This document shows positions 18,868 to 29,139 of a stretch of DNA of 63,145 nucleotides, in pieces; the first letter of the stretch is position 1, and each line of letters begins with the position of its first letter. Below the pieces are notes generated by a model. That model did not search any database. It was given only the letters and a program-made list of their open reading frames with translations, and had not been told where the DNA came from. The DNA comes from an uncultured Candidatus Saccharibacteria bacterium (lineage in GTDB: Bacteria; Patescibacteriota; Saccharimonadia; Saccharimonadales; Saccharimonadaceae): contig CAYRNS010000001.1 of assembly GCA_964425805.1 (NCBI GenBank), positions 1 through 63,145 on the forward strand. Direction: 5' to 3'. A program made the translations under genes and the position numbers.

Positions 18868-20193
18868 ATGTTCTTAATTACGATTTTGCTTTACGCTGTA
18901 GCCGCCCTGACTATTTTGACTGGTCTCTCGGTTCTCTGCGGCACCACCAAGCAGTCTCGGCTCAAAGGCGTCTGGTTCGCCCTCGCCGCTCTCGGCACGG
19001 CGGTTTGGTCCGCGGCAATCGCCATGTTCTTGTCGCTCCCGGAGTCTAGCGCGAATCTCGCTCCACTTGTCGTCGTTGGTATCATCGCCGGCATCACCGT
19101 AACTGACATCGCCCTCCTCGGCTACGCCAGTTGGGAAAACGACCGCTCGGGCAAGTTGCTCACCTTCATCGCCGCTCTCGGCGGGGTTTTTGTCGTTGGC
19201 GCCCTCGCTCTTCATCCTGAACTTTTCTACAACAACATCACTTTCGGCGACGGTCTCAATACCATCCACACTGTCCGAACTTGGTATTTCTACTTCATCA
19301 TCGGTTACTTCACCCTCGTCTCCGTGGTTTACACTAACAACATCACCAAAAGCGCCAAACACATCAAAGGACGTGGCGCCAAGCTCGGTCTAAAAATCTT
19401 CCAAGCCGGTCTTTCGCTCGGCGGGGTTCTCGCCCTCGTGTTCGACTTGCTCTTGCTCACTTCTCATCCTAGCCTTGTTTGGATTGGTCCGATGGCAGTC
19501 TCCGTTACAATCACCATCTTCTACTACTCCGTCGTCAAATACCGCATCCTCGCCCTTACCGGCAACTCAATGAAGCTCCTCTCTTACATCATCGTAAGTG
19601 CGGTCGGCGTAATCGTCTACATCCTCCTCTTCTACCTCATCTTCACCGCCATCTTCCGCGTTGCCACTCCCTCCGCAGAAATCTTAATCCTCAACCTCAT
19701 CATGGTCGCCATCGTCTTCTGTCTCTTGCCCGCCATCTTTGAGGTTACCGCCATGATTAAAGCCTCCCTCCCAACAAAACAAACCGACCTTGGTTATATC
19801 ACTAAGAAGCTTCGCCGTCTCGACAAGCAAAACGTCGATTATAAAGAACTCGCTGGCTTCCTCGCCCAACATTTAAAGCTCGAATATCTCGGCTTTCTCA
19901 TTGGCGACCGCCTCTATGGTTCTAAACCTATGAACCTCTCGACGGAAGATTCCGCCGAATACAAAAAACTCAAAACTCCCAAGTCTGGCATCTGGTACGA
20001 ATTTGACCGCGCTCGCACCGAGGAAGACGAAATCGCTCAGGTCGCCGTTCTCCTGAACGCTAAGGACGAACCCTCCGGCAAGATTCTCCTCGGTCGACCA
20101 AACTCCCGCCACATTTTGACTAAGCGCGAAACGATTGAAAACGAAATGGTCCTGAAGCTCGCCGGTGTTATCATTGACGGAGACAAGCTCTAA
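18868..20193 (+). CDS. Membrane protein with HisKA_7TM-like N-terminal sensor region, no kinase domain visible
   Basis: About 9 TM helices, YSVVKYRIL motif, soluble C-terminal tail. Confidence 0.55.
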   Translation: MFLITILLYAVAALTILTGLSVLCGTTKQSRLKGVWFALAALGTAVWSAAIAMFLSLPESSANLAPLVVVGIIAGITVTDIALLGYASWENDRSGKLLTFIAALGGVFVVGALALHPELFYNNITFGDGLNTIHTVRTWYFYFIIGYFTLVSVVYTNNITKSAKHIKGRGAKLGLKIFQAGLSLGGVLALVFDLLLLTSHPSLVWIGPMAVSVTITIFYYSVVKYRILALTGNSMKLLSYIIVSAVGVIVYILLFYLIFTAIFRVATPSAEILILNLIMVAIVFCLLPAIFEVTAMIKASLPTKQTDLGYITKKLRRLDKQNVDYKELAGFLAQHLKLEYLGFLIGDRLYGSKPMNLSTEDSAEYKKLKTPKSGIWYEFDRARTEEDEIAQVAVLLNAKDEPSGKILLGRPNSRHILTKRETIENEMVLKLAGVIIDGDKL

Positions 20194-21152
20194 TGACCGC
20201 CGCTGCCGCCACGCTCAAGCAAACTCGGATGACCATCCTCCTCTCGCTCAACGCGGCAGCCATTTTGATTGCCGGCATCTTAATCGCTCGGTCAATCTCC
20301 GGCGACGGGCTAGAATTCCGCGCCGTCAACGAACGCTCCGACGTCGTCGATGCCGCCCCGGAAGAAACCGAACTCCTCGCCTCCGTCGCTGACAGCTCCG
20401 ACGGCAAAACCGTCGCCAGCGCTGACGGCACCACCTACCAAGTCGCCGCGAACGGCTGGATTTCTTCCGACCCCGTCGGAAGCGGTGAACTCTGGAACGA
20501 AACTTCCGTCACTATCTATCAAACCGCCGACATCGACCTCTGCGTCGGCGGCAACCTTACGAATCTCGGCAGTATGTATTGGCAGTCGTCCAACCAATCC
20601 GTCATCTCTGGCTTCTACTCCACTGCCCGCACATGGCTCGGCTATTCGTCTGACACTTGTCGCTATCCAATTATCAAAGGCACTGGCACAACCACCATCA
20701 CCGCCGGCACCTACGACGGTCGTCGTCACGACTCCATTACTGTCACCGTCGTCGAAGTCCCGACTGAACAATGGAAACGCGACGTCCTCGACCTCGTTAA
20801 TGAAGAACGCGCCAAAAACGGCTTGACTGCTCTCGAATGGGGCACCACTTGCGAAGCTGCCGCCGCCGTTCGCGCCCGTGAACTAATGACAAGCTACGCC
20901 CACACCCGTCCCGACGGCTCCTCGTGGGAGACTGCTTGTCCGCTCCCCGAGTCAGGTGGCAGCAGCGGGGAAAACCTCATGGCTGGCAACGCCGCCGTCT
21001 CTCCTGCGACCGTTGTCGTCGCCTGGATGAATTCTCCCGACCACCGCGCCAACATCTTGAGCCAAAACTTCACCAAACTCTCCGTCGGGTTCATCTTCGA
21101 CGCTGACTCTCAATACAAGACTTATTGGTCGCAATTCTTCTCAACTTATTAG
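20193..21152 (+). CDS. CAP/SCP domain surface protein
   Basis: VLDLVNEERAKNGL, HTRPDG, GENL, WMNSPDHRANIL, YWSQFF. Confidence 0.9.
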   Translation: MTAAAATLKQTRMTILLSLNAAAILIAGILIARSISGDGLEFRAVNERSDVVDAAPEETELLASVADSSDGKTVASADGTTYQVAANGWISSDPVGSGELWNETSVTIYQTADIDLCVGGNLTNLGSMYWQSSNQSVISGFYSTARTWLGYSSDTCRYPIIKGTGTTTITAGTYDGRRHDSITVTVVEVPTEQWKRDVLDLVNEERAKNGLTALEWGTTCEAAAAVRARELMTSYAHTRPDGSSWETACPLPESGGSSGENLMAGNAAVSPATVVVAWMNSPDHRANILSQNFTKLSVGFIFDADSQYKTYWSQFFSTY

Positions 21153-21155
21153 TTA

Positions 21156-21956
21156 TTAGACTTCGTTCTCAATGTGCGTCAACATCACTTTTTCCAGCAT
21201 TCCACCTAGCGTCTTAAAATCAGTTTGGAACGAAAACCCACGGGCGAGTAACGACACGGCGAAGCTGCGCGTCTTGCCACCGTTGTTAAACTCCACAATT
21301 GCCATATCGCGGTAAACCTCAAAGAAACTCCCGTTCGAATCCATATAGTTCTCGTTATAAACTTTCACATTTTCGCTCGTGAACCCTGCCGGCAAGCCAT
21401 CACGCACTTTGCAATATCCCTGACAACGCTCATCCGAGAAAATCTCTGTCTGTGCTAGCCACTTCGCTTTATACGTCGTCCAATCAGCTTCGCTCATCCC
21501 CTCATGTTTAAACACGGCTTTCAAAATCTCCGTCATCTCTCTCGCCGAAGTTTGCTCTGTCGTCACAAAATTCATGTTAAAGTCCGCCGCCATTTCGCTC
21601 GCCGTATACCCCGTAAACACCGCCTCTGGCGACAGCTCGCCTACCACGGCAGCTTTGTCTAAATCATACACTTCGACACTAGCGCTAAAATCACTCGAAT
21701 ATGTCCCCGTCCAGCTGCTCAACGTTCGATTTAGCCACATCGGGTCTTCCTCTTCTTCCTCGTCAATCGTCACTTTGCTAATCACCTCGGGGTTATTCTT
21801 TTCTTGGTTTTCAGGCTTCACTGACGTCAACCTAAAAATTGCATATGTCGCTCCCGCCACTAAAACTAGCGTCAATACATCGAGAATCAACTGCACAGTC
21901 TTACTTAGCGCATGTTTTTTCTCTATCTTGCTTGGTTGAGTCGGTTGATAAACCAT
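21156..21956 (-). CDS. Membrane-anchored protein, divergent serine hydrolase/class A beta-lactamase-like fold
   Basis: Single TM; SVEVYDL, TSAREM, DMAIVE; no clear SxxK. Confidence 0.45.
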   Translation of the reverse strand: MVYQPTQPSKIEKKHALSKTVQLILDVLTLVLVAGATYAIFRLTSVKPENQEKNNPEVISKVTIDEEEEEDPMWLNRTLSSWTGTYSSDFSASVEVYDLDKAAVVGELSPEAVFTGYTASEMAADFNMNFVTTEQTSAREMTEILKAVFKHEGMSEADWTTYKAKWLAQTEIFSDERCQGYCKVRDGLPAGFTSENVKVYNENYMDSNGSFFEVYRDMAIVEFNNGGKTRSFAVSLLARGFSFQTDFKTLGGMLEKVMLTHIENEV

Positions 21957-23374
21957 TCTATTTCCTCCGTGTTCATTAATCTTGTTTGATAGTTGTCGTC
22001 ATAAACTGTTCCAAACCGCCGAGTCTGAAGCAATTTACCGTTCCAAAAATAATGCGTCAGCCCGAGACTTCTCGTTGTCCCCGGCCACCAAACTTGGTCG
22101 AAAAACAAATTACCAAGTCCATAATAAATCTCGCCTCCGTTATATTGCTCAAACGTCTGCGTCTGATGCGCACTCGTCCCTACCACTATGTCTGCCCCCA
22201 TATCGATCAGGCTCCGAAACAGCCCCACTTGGTCTCCGGGCGCCGAATCTGCACGGTCGCAAGCCGGATCCTCGTAAGTGCTCGCGTAGGCGTTACATTC
22301 ATTAAACTGCACATCCACGATTACGAAGTCCCCGCGCCCTTTTGCCTCACTAATCCGACTCGCAGCGTTCTCGGGATAATATTGATTCGCTCCTGGCGTC
22401 TCGCTCCACGTCGCTCCGCCTGTGCTTTGATTATAGGCGAGCATCGTAATTCCTGTTCCTTTCAAGGAAATTTCAAGCGGCACTTCCGCCTCGGTCGCCC
22501 CGCGCCCACCACCGACGGTTTTAATCCCTAGCTCTTGATATTTTTCAAACGTCGCAATGGCATCCGCCGCCCCGCAATCCACATTATGATTGCCCGTCAA
22601 CTCCACCACGTCTAGCCCAATATCGACCAGTGTATCAACAAACCGCCAGTCCGAACAAATATTCGCCGCACTTGCCCAGTTAGAAAAACTGCTCTCGTTG
22701 CTCGTATGTGTCATGTCGAACTTCCGCAAATACTCCGCAATTTTCTCAGAGAAAAACTTCCCGTCGCCAACCTGCGCCATCTTCGCGTTCATCCCCCGCG
22801 ACATCGCCGTCACACCCGTCTGCGTAAAACTCAGCACACCCGCCTTTGTCGGTAACGTCGGTAAAAGTGGCGAAACCAGCTCTTTCACTTTCGCTACATC
22901 TTCCGCATTTTCCCCCTCAACGCGAAGATATTTATATTTCGCGCCACCCGCGAACGTATCTAAATAATACTCTCCGTCCACCGCTAGCAGCTTTTGCGTC
23001 TCGACCAATTTAAGTACCGACATCACCCCCTCGCCGGTCGCTAGTCTTTCCTCAAACTCCGCCGCCGCAATCGACTCTTTCGGCTCATAAAAATCCGCCA
23101 CCGGCACAAGAACATCAGTCACGAAAGCGTCGCTGCCATAATCACCATAGAACTCCGAAAACACCACGTCTTTTTCCAACTCTACCCCCTCGAGCACTGC
23201 CTGATACTTCGCCGGCTCACTGTCAAGAATCTCATCCGCAAAAATCACTTTCCCAGGCACCTTGAACACCCCCGTCTTAAAGTAGAACTGCACCCCGAAG
23301 AACACAAAACCAGCCGCGATAAGGAAACAAATCCCACCGATGACTAATTTCTTCTTCATATACTTCTCCATCAT
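21923..23374 (-). CDS. CapA-family metallophosphoesterase-like protein
   Basis: LTGNHNVDCG, GADIVVGTSAH, YYGLGNLFFDQ. Confidence 0.85.
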   Translation of the reverse strand: MMEKYMKKKLVIGGICFLIAAGFVFFGVQFYFKTGVFKVPGKVIFADEILDSEPAKYQAVLEGVELEKDVVFSEFYGDYGSDAFVTDVLVPVADFYEPKESIAAAEFEERLATGEGVMSVLKLVETQKLLAVDGEYYLDTFAGGAKYKYLRVEGENAEDVAKVKELVSPLLPTLPTKAGVLSFTQTGVTAMSRGMNAKMAQVGDGKFFSEKIAEYLRKFDMTHTSNESSFSNWASAANICSDWRFVDTLVDIGLDVVELTGNHNVDCGAADAIATFEKYQELGIKTVGGGRGATEAEVPLEISLKGTGITMLAYNQSTGGATWSETPGANQYYPENAASRISEAKGRGDFVIVDVQFNECNAYASTYEDPACDRADSAPGDQVGLFRSLIDMGADIVVGTSAHQTQTFEQYNGGEIYYGLGNLFFDQVWWPGTTRSLGLTHYFWNGKLLQTRRFGTVYDDNYQTRLMNTEEIEWFINRLNQAR

Positions 23375-23449
23375 ACCATTTTTGCCCTTAAAAAACCAGA
23401 CGAAAAACTGCCGAAAAAACTAGAAAAAAAGCCATATTTTATATATAAT

Positions 23450-25444
23450 ATGCTTATGGCTAGTATAAAACAGCGTTTTTTGGATTGGCTGCACGGTGGA
23501 CACACTGTTTCTGACGCCGAAAAGCTCCTCACCTCGCCTGACGGCACTGTCAAGGTAAAAATCTCCCTGCGCCAAGGTCACATTTCCTACTCTGTCATGA
23601 AAAACGAATCAACTATCCTCCGCGAATCGAGGCTCGGGCTCAAGTTTAAGAACTCCCCCGCCCTCAGCGACTACCTTTCGGCTGTTCGTACCACGGAAAA
23701 GTCCGTCAACGAAACTTGGGAAACCGTCTGGGGCGAAGAACACTTCATCAACGACAACTTCAACGAACTCGCTATTTACCTCTCGGAAACTTCTAGAACT
23801 AAGCGCCTCTTCACTGTTCGCTTCCGCGCCTTTGACGACGGCTTCGCTTTTCGCTACGAAATTCCGCCTCAACCTGCTTTCTCGCGTGTCGAAATCGAAG
23901 ATGAGTTGACCGAATTTAATGTCGACTTAAACGCCGAAGCTTGGCAAATCCCTGCCTATCAGCCCGACCGTTACGAATACAATTACGAAAAAATCCCCGT
24001 CTACGAACTAGAAAAATCTGTTCACACTCCCGTCACGATTGTTCTTCCGAACAAATACCACCTTGCGATTCATGAAGCCGCCCTCTATAACTACGGCGAA
24101 ATGACCATTAAGCTCGACGAATGGAAAGCGTTAAAGTCCGACATCACTCCGCTCTCTGACGGGATTAAAGCCCGCGTCGAACTCCCCTTTAACACGCCTT
24201 GGCGCATGGTGATGATTGCCGGCTCGCCTATCGGTCTGACAAGAAATCATATGATGCTGAGCTTGAACGAACCGCCGACTTCCGACTTCTCTTGGGTTAA
24301 GCCGCTCAAATTCCTCGGGATTTGGTGGGCAATGTACGTCGGCGAATGGACGTGGGCATCTGGCGCTCGCCACGGCGCCTCGACACAACACGCTCTCGAA
24401 TACATCGACTCATGCCGTCGCCTCGGTATTCAAGGTCTGCTCATGGAGGGCTGGAACGGCGGTTGGGACGGCGACTGGCTCCTCAATGGCAAAACCACCG
24501 ACTTCATCCACGCTCAACCCGACTGCGACCTCCCCGGGATTACGGAATACGCTCGCGCAAACGGCATCGAAATTATCGGTCACCACGAAACCGTCGGCTT
24601 CGTCGACAACTACGAAGCTCAGCTCGAAGCCAGTTATAAATACTACGCCGACCTCGGCATCCACTACATCAAGCCCGGTTACGCCGGTTCTATGATGTAT
24701 ATTCAGGGCAAAAGGGAATATCACCACTCCCAGCTCGGCGTCCTCCACTATCAAAAATCCCTCGAACTCGCCGCCAAATATCACATCTGCCTCGACGTCC
24801 ACGAGCCAATTAAAGGCACTGGCATCGAACGCACTTTCCCGAATCTTTTAACTCGTGAGGGCGCTCGCGGGCAGGAATACGAGGGCGGTGCGCTCAGCCC
24901 ATCTCACGCCTGCATCTTGCCGTTCACTCGGCTTCTCTCTGGACCAATGGACTACACCCCAGGCATCTTTGACATCACCAACGCCACCAAGCGCCTCTCT
25001 AGTACCCTCGCTCGCCAGCTTGCCTATTTCGTAACAATTCCGTCCGGTATGCAAATGGCAGCAGACCGCCCGCGTTTCTACGAGGAAGTTAACCCAGGCG
25101 CTTTCAAATTCATCCATGACGTTCCCGTCAACTGGGAAACCAGCGTCCCAATCATGGGCGCCATCGGCGAATATTATGTCGTCGCCAGAAAAGAGCGGGG
25201 AACTAGCAACTGGTTCATTGGCGGCGTCACCAACGAGGGCGCACACAAAGTTCGCGTCCCTCTCAACTACCTTGATGACGGCGAATATGTCGCCGAAATC
25301 TACCGTGACCACGAAACCGCCCACTACCGCGACAACCCCCTCGCCATCAGCATCGAAACCACCAAGGTCACCAAAACCAACTTCATCGACATCTGGATGG
25401 CTCCCGGTGGCGGCTTCGCCATCTCCCTCAAAAAGCAGAATTAG
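23450..25444 (+). CDS. Glycoside hydrolase family 97 (alpha-glucosidase, SusB-like)
   Basis: WETVWGE, GIWW, EGWN.GW, HHET, HEPIK.TG, REGARGQEY, GPMDYTPG. Confidence 0.92.
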   Translation: MLMASIKQRFLDWLHGGHTVSDAEKLLTSPDGTVKVKISLRQGHISYSVMKNESTILRESRLGLKFKNSPALSDYLSAVRTTEKSVNETWETVWGEEHFINDNFNELAIYLSETSRTKRLFTVRFRAFDDGFAFRYEIPPQPAFSRVEIEDELTEFNVDLNAEAWQIPAYQPDRYEYNYEKIPVYELEKSVHTPVTIVLPNKYHLAIHEAALYNYGEMTIKLDEWKALKSDITPLSDGIKARVELPFNTPWRMVMIAGSPIGLTRNHMMLSLNEPPTSDFSWVKPLKFLGIWWAMYVGEWTWASGARHGASTQHALEYIDSCRRLGIQGLLMEGWNGGWDGDWLLNGKTTDFIHAQPDCDLPGITEYARANGIEIIGHHETVGFVDNYEAQLEASYKYYADLGIHYIKPGYAGSMMYIQGKREYHHSQLGVLHYQKSLELAAKYHICLDVHEPIKGTGIERTFPNLLTREGARGQEYEGGALSPSHACILPFTRLLSGPMDYTPGIFDITNATKRLSSTLARQLAYFVTIPSGMQMAADRPRFYEEVNPGAFKFIHDVPVNWETSVPIMGAIGEYYVVARKERGTSNWFIGGVTNEGAHKVRVPLNYLDDGEYVAEIYRDHETAHYRDNPLAISIETTKVTKTNFIDIWMAPGGGFAISLKKQN

Positions 25445-25450
25445 TAAGCT

Positions 25451-26383
25451 TTACCTCAACTTCAAGCTATCCACAATATCCGTAATCAGCCTAATGTCTT
25501 TCTTGACTTTCTCGATTTCGGCTTTTTTGTCAATTTCTTTATGCATTGACGCCGCTTCAAACGAATTTTCAAAATTATTCACCGCAATATGCAGTTCGCC
25601 ACCTACGAAGAAAAGCGCCACACGATTTTGACATGCTTCGCCTAACTTCTCCACCCGCGTCATAAAAGCCGGGTCGAGTAAATAGAACGCCTCAAACCCG
25701 TCTTGCGCATAAACATTAAAACGTCCATGAAACCCATCACTCTCCAACTCAATCTTTCTAAATTTATGTAATTTATCATTATTCCTCAAACTTGCCACCC
25801 GGAAACTTTTACCAACCACCGCCAACTTAAAGTCAAAATTCTTCTTAATATCGAAAATCGCCCATCGCCCTCTAAACAACGTAACATATGTAGTATTGCC
25901 GTCGCTATCTTCATCCCGTTCTCGGATTAATACATCCGCCTGTTTAAATTTCAATCCGTGATAGTCCCCCGTCACCAAGTCTTCCGAATGGAAAATATCA
26001 CCTGTGTTCACCATACCGAGTCTCGCCAACTCCACCTCACCGATACCGGCATTTGCCTCATAAACACAGCCGGGAAACGCCTCCTGTAAAGCTTCCTCCA
26101 CAAACACTGTCTTGTATAATGACCTATACTCGGCCAAAGCTCTACGATTCTTCAAAAGGAAAAAGACCATTATGATAGTAAAAGGAAATAACGCCGAGGC
26201 AAGAGAAAAGAATATGACGAATAGATATGCTATTGCGGGAGCCTGAGTGTTCACAAGCGCAAACACGGAGAAAAGTATCCCGACAACGCTCCAGCTTATC
26301 GAAACAATCAGTGCCACTTTTAAGGCTTTCTTGTATTTCTGATGATATTCTGCTCGTTTTTGCTCTAAATCTTGTAATTGCAT
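25451..26383 (-). CDS. DUF3137-like membrane protein
   Basis: Two N-terminal TMs, EDLVTG, TLFRG, IELES..F..F.VY, AFYLLDP.FM. Confidence 0.75.
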   Translation of the reverse strand: MQLQDLEQKRAEYHQKYKKALKVALIVSISWSVVGILFSVFALVNTQAPAIAYLFVIFFSLASALFPFTIIMVFFLLKNRRALAEYRSLYKTVFVEEALQEAFPGCVYEANAGIGEVELARLGMVNTGDIFHSEDLVTGDYHGLKFKQADVLIRERDEDSDGNTTYVTLFRGRWAIFDIKKNFDFKLAVVGKSFRVASLRNNDKLHKFRKIELESDGFHGRFNVYAQDGFEAFYLLDPAFMTRVEKLGEACQNRVALFFVGGELHIAVNNFENSFEAASMHKEIDKKAEIEKVKKDIRLITDIVDSLKLR

Positions 26384-26446
26384 AAGTAAATTATATCACA
26401 GCAAAAACCGCCGAGCATATCGGCGGTCAAATAAAGTTCTTGAGAG

Positions 26447-27613
26447 TTAGATTTTCCGGTCAAAGGCGTATTCTTGCCCCAGCGGACAGGGTCGGCTACA
26501 AAACTGTTCCGTAAATTGACATTTTGTTCGTCCTTGAATCGGACAGAGATACTTAAAGACGTCCGTTTCGCCGTTAGCCACTGTACCGGAAGTATAACGG
26601 TCGAGAGTACGCTGCGTCTGCATGCAAATCTCCAGCTGCGCTGCTCCGCAAAGCCGTTCGGTGCACTTCGACGTCAGGAAATCTTCCGGTATTCCGCGTT
26701 CGTTAATCTCAACGAGCATCCCCTGCGGATATTTATGCTTCACTGCCTCCATATCGCTGAGATATTCATGTTCCCACTGCATCCCGCGAATAATTGGCGG
26801 TACGAAGAACTCCGCCTTATGTAACTCCGGAACGGTCATCTCGTAGTTAATCGAACGATGCCGCTGCGCTTGCGCCAACTGAGCAAATGAACCTTTGTAG
26901 TTGACGGAATACACTTCGCCAAAGTACTCGCTTCGCTTCCGCTTGGCAAACAGCGACAATCCCCGCTTTTTCCGATCCCGTATTTCTTCGCAGTTCAGAA
27001 TTGGTTTCAAAAGCTCGGCAGTTCTTAAAGCCCACGGGCGCAACTGATGATAAAACGAGTCTGGCAACACATCATTATCGCGCGTCGCAAATTCTTCCAA
27101 AAACTGAATCAGATAGTTACCCTGCCGAAAGTCCACGGTATACTCCATTACTGTTGCCGGCGTAAACACGGAGATGAAATATCTCGCATTTTCCTGCGCC
27201 AACTTGAGCCGGACTTTCTCGTCAATTTGCGGATAGACAGCCATGATTGCCACCTGAAAAAGGTTCAACCATTTCGTATAGAGGTACTCTTCGTCTCCTG
27301 ACAATGCCATCTGCGTATACCGCGCCGACTTCTCAGAAGTGTTGTAGTCTTTCTCGTTGTTTAGAATCATCGCGATAATCTTCGGTACACCCGAGAGCAA
27401 CAGGTTATAACTCGTATGTCCCGCTACGCTATGGTGTCCCGATCCCGCGGTCGCTTCAAAGCGCCGCATCGTTTTCTCTTCCGACTCGTGCTGAATTGTC
27501 TCAAAGTCGTCCTTCATATAACAAATCCCCGCAGAATGTCCAGCGAAAAACTTCGCCTCCTCCACCGGCAGTTGATAATCCGGACAGGTCGACCCAATCA
27601 CTCGAATCTCCAT
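26447..27613 (-). CDS. ThyX-like FAD-dependent thymidylate synthase family protein (long form)
   Basis: GHHSV, SEKSARYT, ENARY, AQLAQAQRHRS, ERLC..AQLEI; Cys-rich tail. Confidence 0.65.
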   Translation of the reverse strand: MEIRVIGSTCPDYQLPVEEAKFFAGHSAGICYMKDDFETIQHESEEKTMRRFEATAGSGHHSVAGHTSYNLLLSGVPKIIAMILNNEKDYNTSEKSARYTQMALSGDEEYLYTKWLNLFQVAIMAVYPQIDEKVRLKLAQENARYFISVFTPATVMEYTVDFRQGNYLIQFLEEFATRDNDVLPDSFYHQLRPWALRTAELLKPILNCEEIRDRKKRGLSLFAKRKRSEYFGEVYSVNYKGSFAQLAQAQRHRSINYEMTVPELHKAEFFVPPIIRGMQWEHEYLSDMEAVKHKYPQGMLVEINERGIPEDFLTSKCTERLCGAAQLEICMQTQRTLDRYTSGTVANGETDVFKYLCPIQGRTKCQFTEQFCSRPCPLGQEYAFDRKI

Positions 27614-27767
27614 CAAGCTCACCTCTCAAATTTTTAATATTCCAACACCTTTCGGCATTAGTGCAAAAATTATATCACGTTTTTCCCTTAAATAAAAACG
27701 CTCACGCTAGCTAGGTGTGGTAATTGCGGCGAATTTATGCTAATATATAATATATGCACATTTTCGT

Positions 27768-27843
27768 ACGGGTGTAGCTCAGTTGGTAGAGCACTGGTCT
27801 CCAAAACCAGGTGTCGGGAGTTCAAGTCTCTCCACCCGTGCCA
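27768..27843 (+). tRNA. tRNA-Trp (CCA)
   Basis: Cloverleaf, CTGGT-CTCCAAA-ACCAG, CCA end. Confidence 0.95.
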
Positions 27844-27889
27844 TTTTTTATATACACAAAAAGCATAAATAGTGTTAAAATAAAATATA

Positions 27890-29128
27890 ATGAAAATACT
27901 CATGCTCGGGTGGGAACTCCCGCCACATAATTCCGGAGGTCTCGGCGTCGCTTGCCTGAATCTTTCTCGCGCCCTCGCTAAAGACGGTTGTGACATCGAC
28001 TTTGTCGTCCCTTACGAAGCCAAGCATGAGAACATTACTTTCATGCGCATCCTCTCCGCTTCGCATCTCGACCCACTTTTCCGCTTCGGTCTCGGCGCCT
28101 ATGACTCCGACAAAATCGAAGAAATGATTATCCCTGACGTGCACATCCCAAGCGCCATCTCTCAGGATCAAATCTCCATCCGCCAAATTCAAAAAACCTA
28201 CTGCGATTTTGTCGAAAAATATTTGATGGAATATAAACCCGACCTCGTCCATGCTCACGACTGGCTTACATTTGAAGCTGGCGTTCTCGCGAAAAGAAAC
28301 TTCGGCATCCCACTCGTCGCTCATGTCCACGCTACGGAATTCGACCGCGCTGGCGGTAACGGCGGCAACCCCCTCGTCCACGAAATCGAACGCGAGGGCT
28401 TAATGCTCGCCGACAAAATCCTCGCCGTCTCCGAAGCCACTAAACACATCATCCACGAAAAATACGGCATCCCCCTCGACAAAATTGACGTCGTCTACAA
28501 CTCGCTCGACGAAGACTTCCTCAAACAAGCCTACTCCTTAAATAAAGATGAATATAAATATATCGAAGCCCTTAAAGACAGAGGTTGCACCATCGTCAGT
28601 ACCGTCGGTCGCTTTACGATTCAAAAGGGTCTCACTCACCTCCTCCATGCCGCCGCAAAAGCCGTCCGCAAAAACCCGAAACTCATTTTTGTCTTTGCTG
28701 GCGACGGAGAAGAAAAGAACGAATTAATCAATCTTGCCGCCGAACTCGGCATCGCCAAGAACGTCATTTTCACTGGCTTCGTTCGCGGCAAACAACTCCG
28801 CGACGTCTATGAACTCTCCGACATCTTCGTCATGTCGAGCATCTCCGAACCATTCGGCCTCACCGCCCTTGAAGCTGCGCATCACGGAGACGTCCTCATC
28901 CTCACCAAACAATCTGGCGTCGCCGAAGTTGTCCGTAGCTCTTTCCGCTACGATTTCTGGGATGACGAAAAACTCGCCAATGAAATTCTCGCTATTGCTA
29001 AGTCTCCCGCCCTGAAAGAAACTCTTCAAAACTCAATCAGCCGCGAATACCGCAAAATCAGCTGGGCAGACGTTGCAGAAAAATGCCGGAAGGTTTATAA
29101 TGATATAGATAACCATAAACGGGTTTAA
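27890..29128 (+). CDS. Glycosyltransferase family 4 (glycogen-synthase-like)
   Basis: GWELPPHNSGGLG, HAHDWLT, HVHATEFDR, SEPFGL. Confidence 0.9.
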   Translation: MKILMLGWELPPHNSGGLGVACLNLSRALAKDGCDIDFVVPYEAKHENITFMRILSASHLDPLFRFGLGAYDSDKIEEMIIPDVHIPSAISQDQISIRQIQKTYCDFVEKYLMEYKPDLVHAHDWLTFEAGVLAKRNFGIPLVAHVHATEFDRAGGNGGNPLVHEIEREGLMLADKILAVSEATKHIIHEKYGIPLDKIDVVYNSLDEDFLKQAYSLNKDEYKYIEALKDRGCTIVSTVGRFTIQKGLTHLLHAAAKAVRKNPKLIFVFAGDGEEKNELINLAAELGIAKNVIFTGFVRGKQLRDVYELSDIFVMSSISEPFGLTALEAAHHGDVLILTKQSGVAEVVRSSFRYDFWDDEKLANEILAIAKSPALKETLQNSISREYRKISWADVAEKCRKVYNDIDNHKRV

Positions 29129-29139
29129 TAAGGGAACCA

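Noticed and set aside
27768-27843. Alternative genetic code (UGA recoding as in SR1/Gracilibacteria)
   Set aside because: Core genes are intact under code 11, TGA ends plausible ORFs, and tRNA-Trp is ordinary CCA
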